From a virus (lineage: Duplodnaviria > Caudoviricetes), in the IMG/VR virus record IMGVR_UViG_3300027753_000024, positions 1-48,579 of that record: a stretch of 48,579 nt of DNA, one strand, 5' to 3'. The notes below the pieces were generated by a model. It worked only from the letters and a program-made list of their open reading frames with translations. It was not told where the DNA came from and searched no databases. The translations under genes were made by a program, and so were the position numbers. This document shows positions 47,437 to 48,579 of the stretch, piece after piece (the first letter of the stretch is position 1; each line of letters opens with the position of its first letter).

Positions 47437-48579
47437 TTAACTAGGTAAAGGTGCTGATACGTCTATTACATTTCCTGTGTCACTATCATCATAGTAAATA
47501 GACACATACACGTTAAAGGTAATAGGATCATAATGTAGTCTTACACCTGTACCATTTCCATACATGTCATCTGTTACTGTCTTTTGTAAGTCTATAAGCT
47601 TTGCATGCAATCCATTAACGTCTGATATAGAATTAGCACTACCAGTTATAGCTAAGAATTTACGCTTGTTCATATCAAGAACATAAACTGCCCTAGACCC
47701 TACTATAGAACCAAAAGAATAAGTACTACCATATTCTGAACTTATTATCCTATAATCATGTAGAACTCCTCCAGTACCTAAGCTAGTTGGTCCTGTAGAA
47801 GTAGCAGCTATTGCATTAGGATTTACTAGCCATATTCCTACTCCTCTTTCTTGCACTACAAATAAGTTATCTCCAAATATGTGGAAAGCACTAATTGCGC
47901 CTAGTTGTGAGTCTACGTTGTTAAAGTTGTTAGGCCTGAATATACAAAGGTTATCTATGTTTTGATTCATGATTTTAACATCACTGTATCTAGTCATAGT
48001 ATTAAAGTTCTGCACTCCTGTGAATTTAGCAGCTTTAGGAAACGCTACTTCATAGGTACTCTCTCTGTTGTAAACTTGATTGTATTCAGGAATATCCTCA
48101 TAAGTAGACTTAGGGACTTTATGGACTGATTCATCTGTTTTACCATTAGCATGATATAGATTGCAGTAAGTTTCTACAGGCAAACTCATATATACTTTAG
48201 TAGAGTTTAAATCCTTAACATTAACAACGGCTTGAAATGTAACTCCCGCAGCGTCAGCTGCATTGTGAGGCAGTAAGTTAGCATTATAGGCAGCTGTAGT
48301 ATCTTCATTATAATCTAATAGAAGTGCATTATAAAGTTGTGGAAAAGTATCCCCTCCATATGCTACTGCGTTAATAGAAGATTGGCTTCCTATAGTTATT
48401 AAATCTGTACAAGGTATATACTTAGTAGTTTGCCTATTCTCATAAGAGTTGCCTCCATAAGGATTTGCACTAGGGTTTATATATTCTATAACAGGGTAAC
48501 TAGGGTAGTCGTCTTCATAAAAAATAAACTCTGCCTTTGCAGGATCAAACCATTTATTAGAAGTTCCTAGGACATCTCC
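47437..48579 (-). CDS. crAss-like muzzle (tail stabilisation) protein, 5'-partial
   Basis: The frame has no stop from 48189 to the window end, so the 250-aa call is truncated. The upstream part contains PYGGNSY..R...YI and YGGDTF; downstream are YNQVY, RYS..K, F..NN...VD...G.I and LGTGGVL. Confidence 0.8.
   Translation of the reverse strand, partial: GDVLGTSNKWFDPAKAEFIFYEDDYPSYPVIEYINPSANPYGGNSYENRQTTKYIPCTDLITIGSQSSINAVAYGGDTFPQLYNALLLDYNEDTTAAYNANLLPHNAADAAGVTFQAVVNVKDLNSTKVYMSLPVETYCNLYHANGKTDESVHKVPKSTYEDIPEYNQVYNRESTYEVAFPKAAKFTGVQNFNTMTRYSDVKIMNQNIDNLCIFRPNNFNNVDSQLGAISAFHIFGDNLFVVQERGVGIWLVNPNAIAATSTGPTSLGTGGVLHDYRIISSEYGSTYSFGSIVGSRAVYVLDMNKRKFLAITGSANSISDVNGLHAKLIDLQKTVTDDMYGNGTGVRLHYDPITFNVYVSIYYDDSDTGNVIDVSAPLPS

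Noticed and set aside
1-48579. Stop-codon reassignment (TAG or TGA), known in some Crassvirales
   Set aside because: All large genes are intact in code 11, and TAG and TGA terminate genes at sensible, tightly packed boundaries.
1-48579. tRNA genes, integrase, transposase, DGR reverse transcriptase
   Set aside because: No intergenic space or recognisable motifs for these were found by eye.

Overview
This 48.6 kb, AT-rich window is a fragment of a crAss-like phage (Crassvirales) genome. The host is probably an environmental Bacteroidota, inferred from gene content and TAnnTTTG promoter motifs. It reads in the standard genetic code. There are two convergent blocks. The + strand (1-21.45 kb) holds replication and nucleotide-metabolism genes: PolA, SF2 helicase, DnaB, AAA ATPase, putative SSB, primase, RusA-like and PD-(D/E)xK nucleases, UDG, rIIA/rIIB, class II RNR, HNH, MazG-like proteins and several unannotated microproteins. 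The - strand (21.48-48.58 kb) holds virion genes: a split muzzle/tail-stabilisation gene, three modular internal-virion genes, a cargo protein with a lysozyme-like tail, a 3788-aa virion RNA polymerase (DFDID) and a 1586-aa zincin-containing partner. The most striking signal is at 40.5-46.9 kb. Three consecutive proteins there are built from unrelated modules (SLT-like muramidase, two ADP-ribosyltransferase-like domains, a split DUF5872-like pair, several unknown domains) joined at 14 copies of an xxxGG motif. This suggests a processed or shuffled effector-cargo polyprotein system. All family assignments come from motif recognition by eye; no database searches were run.
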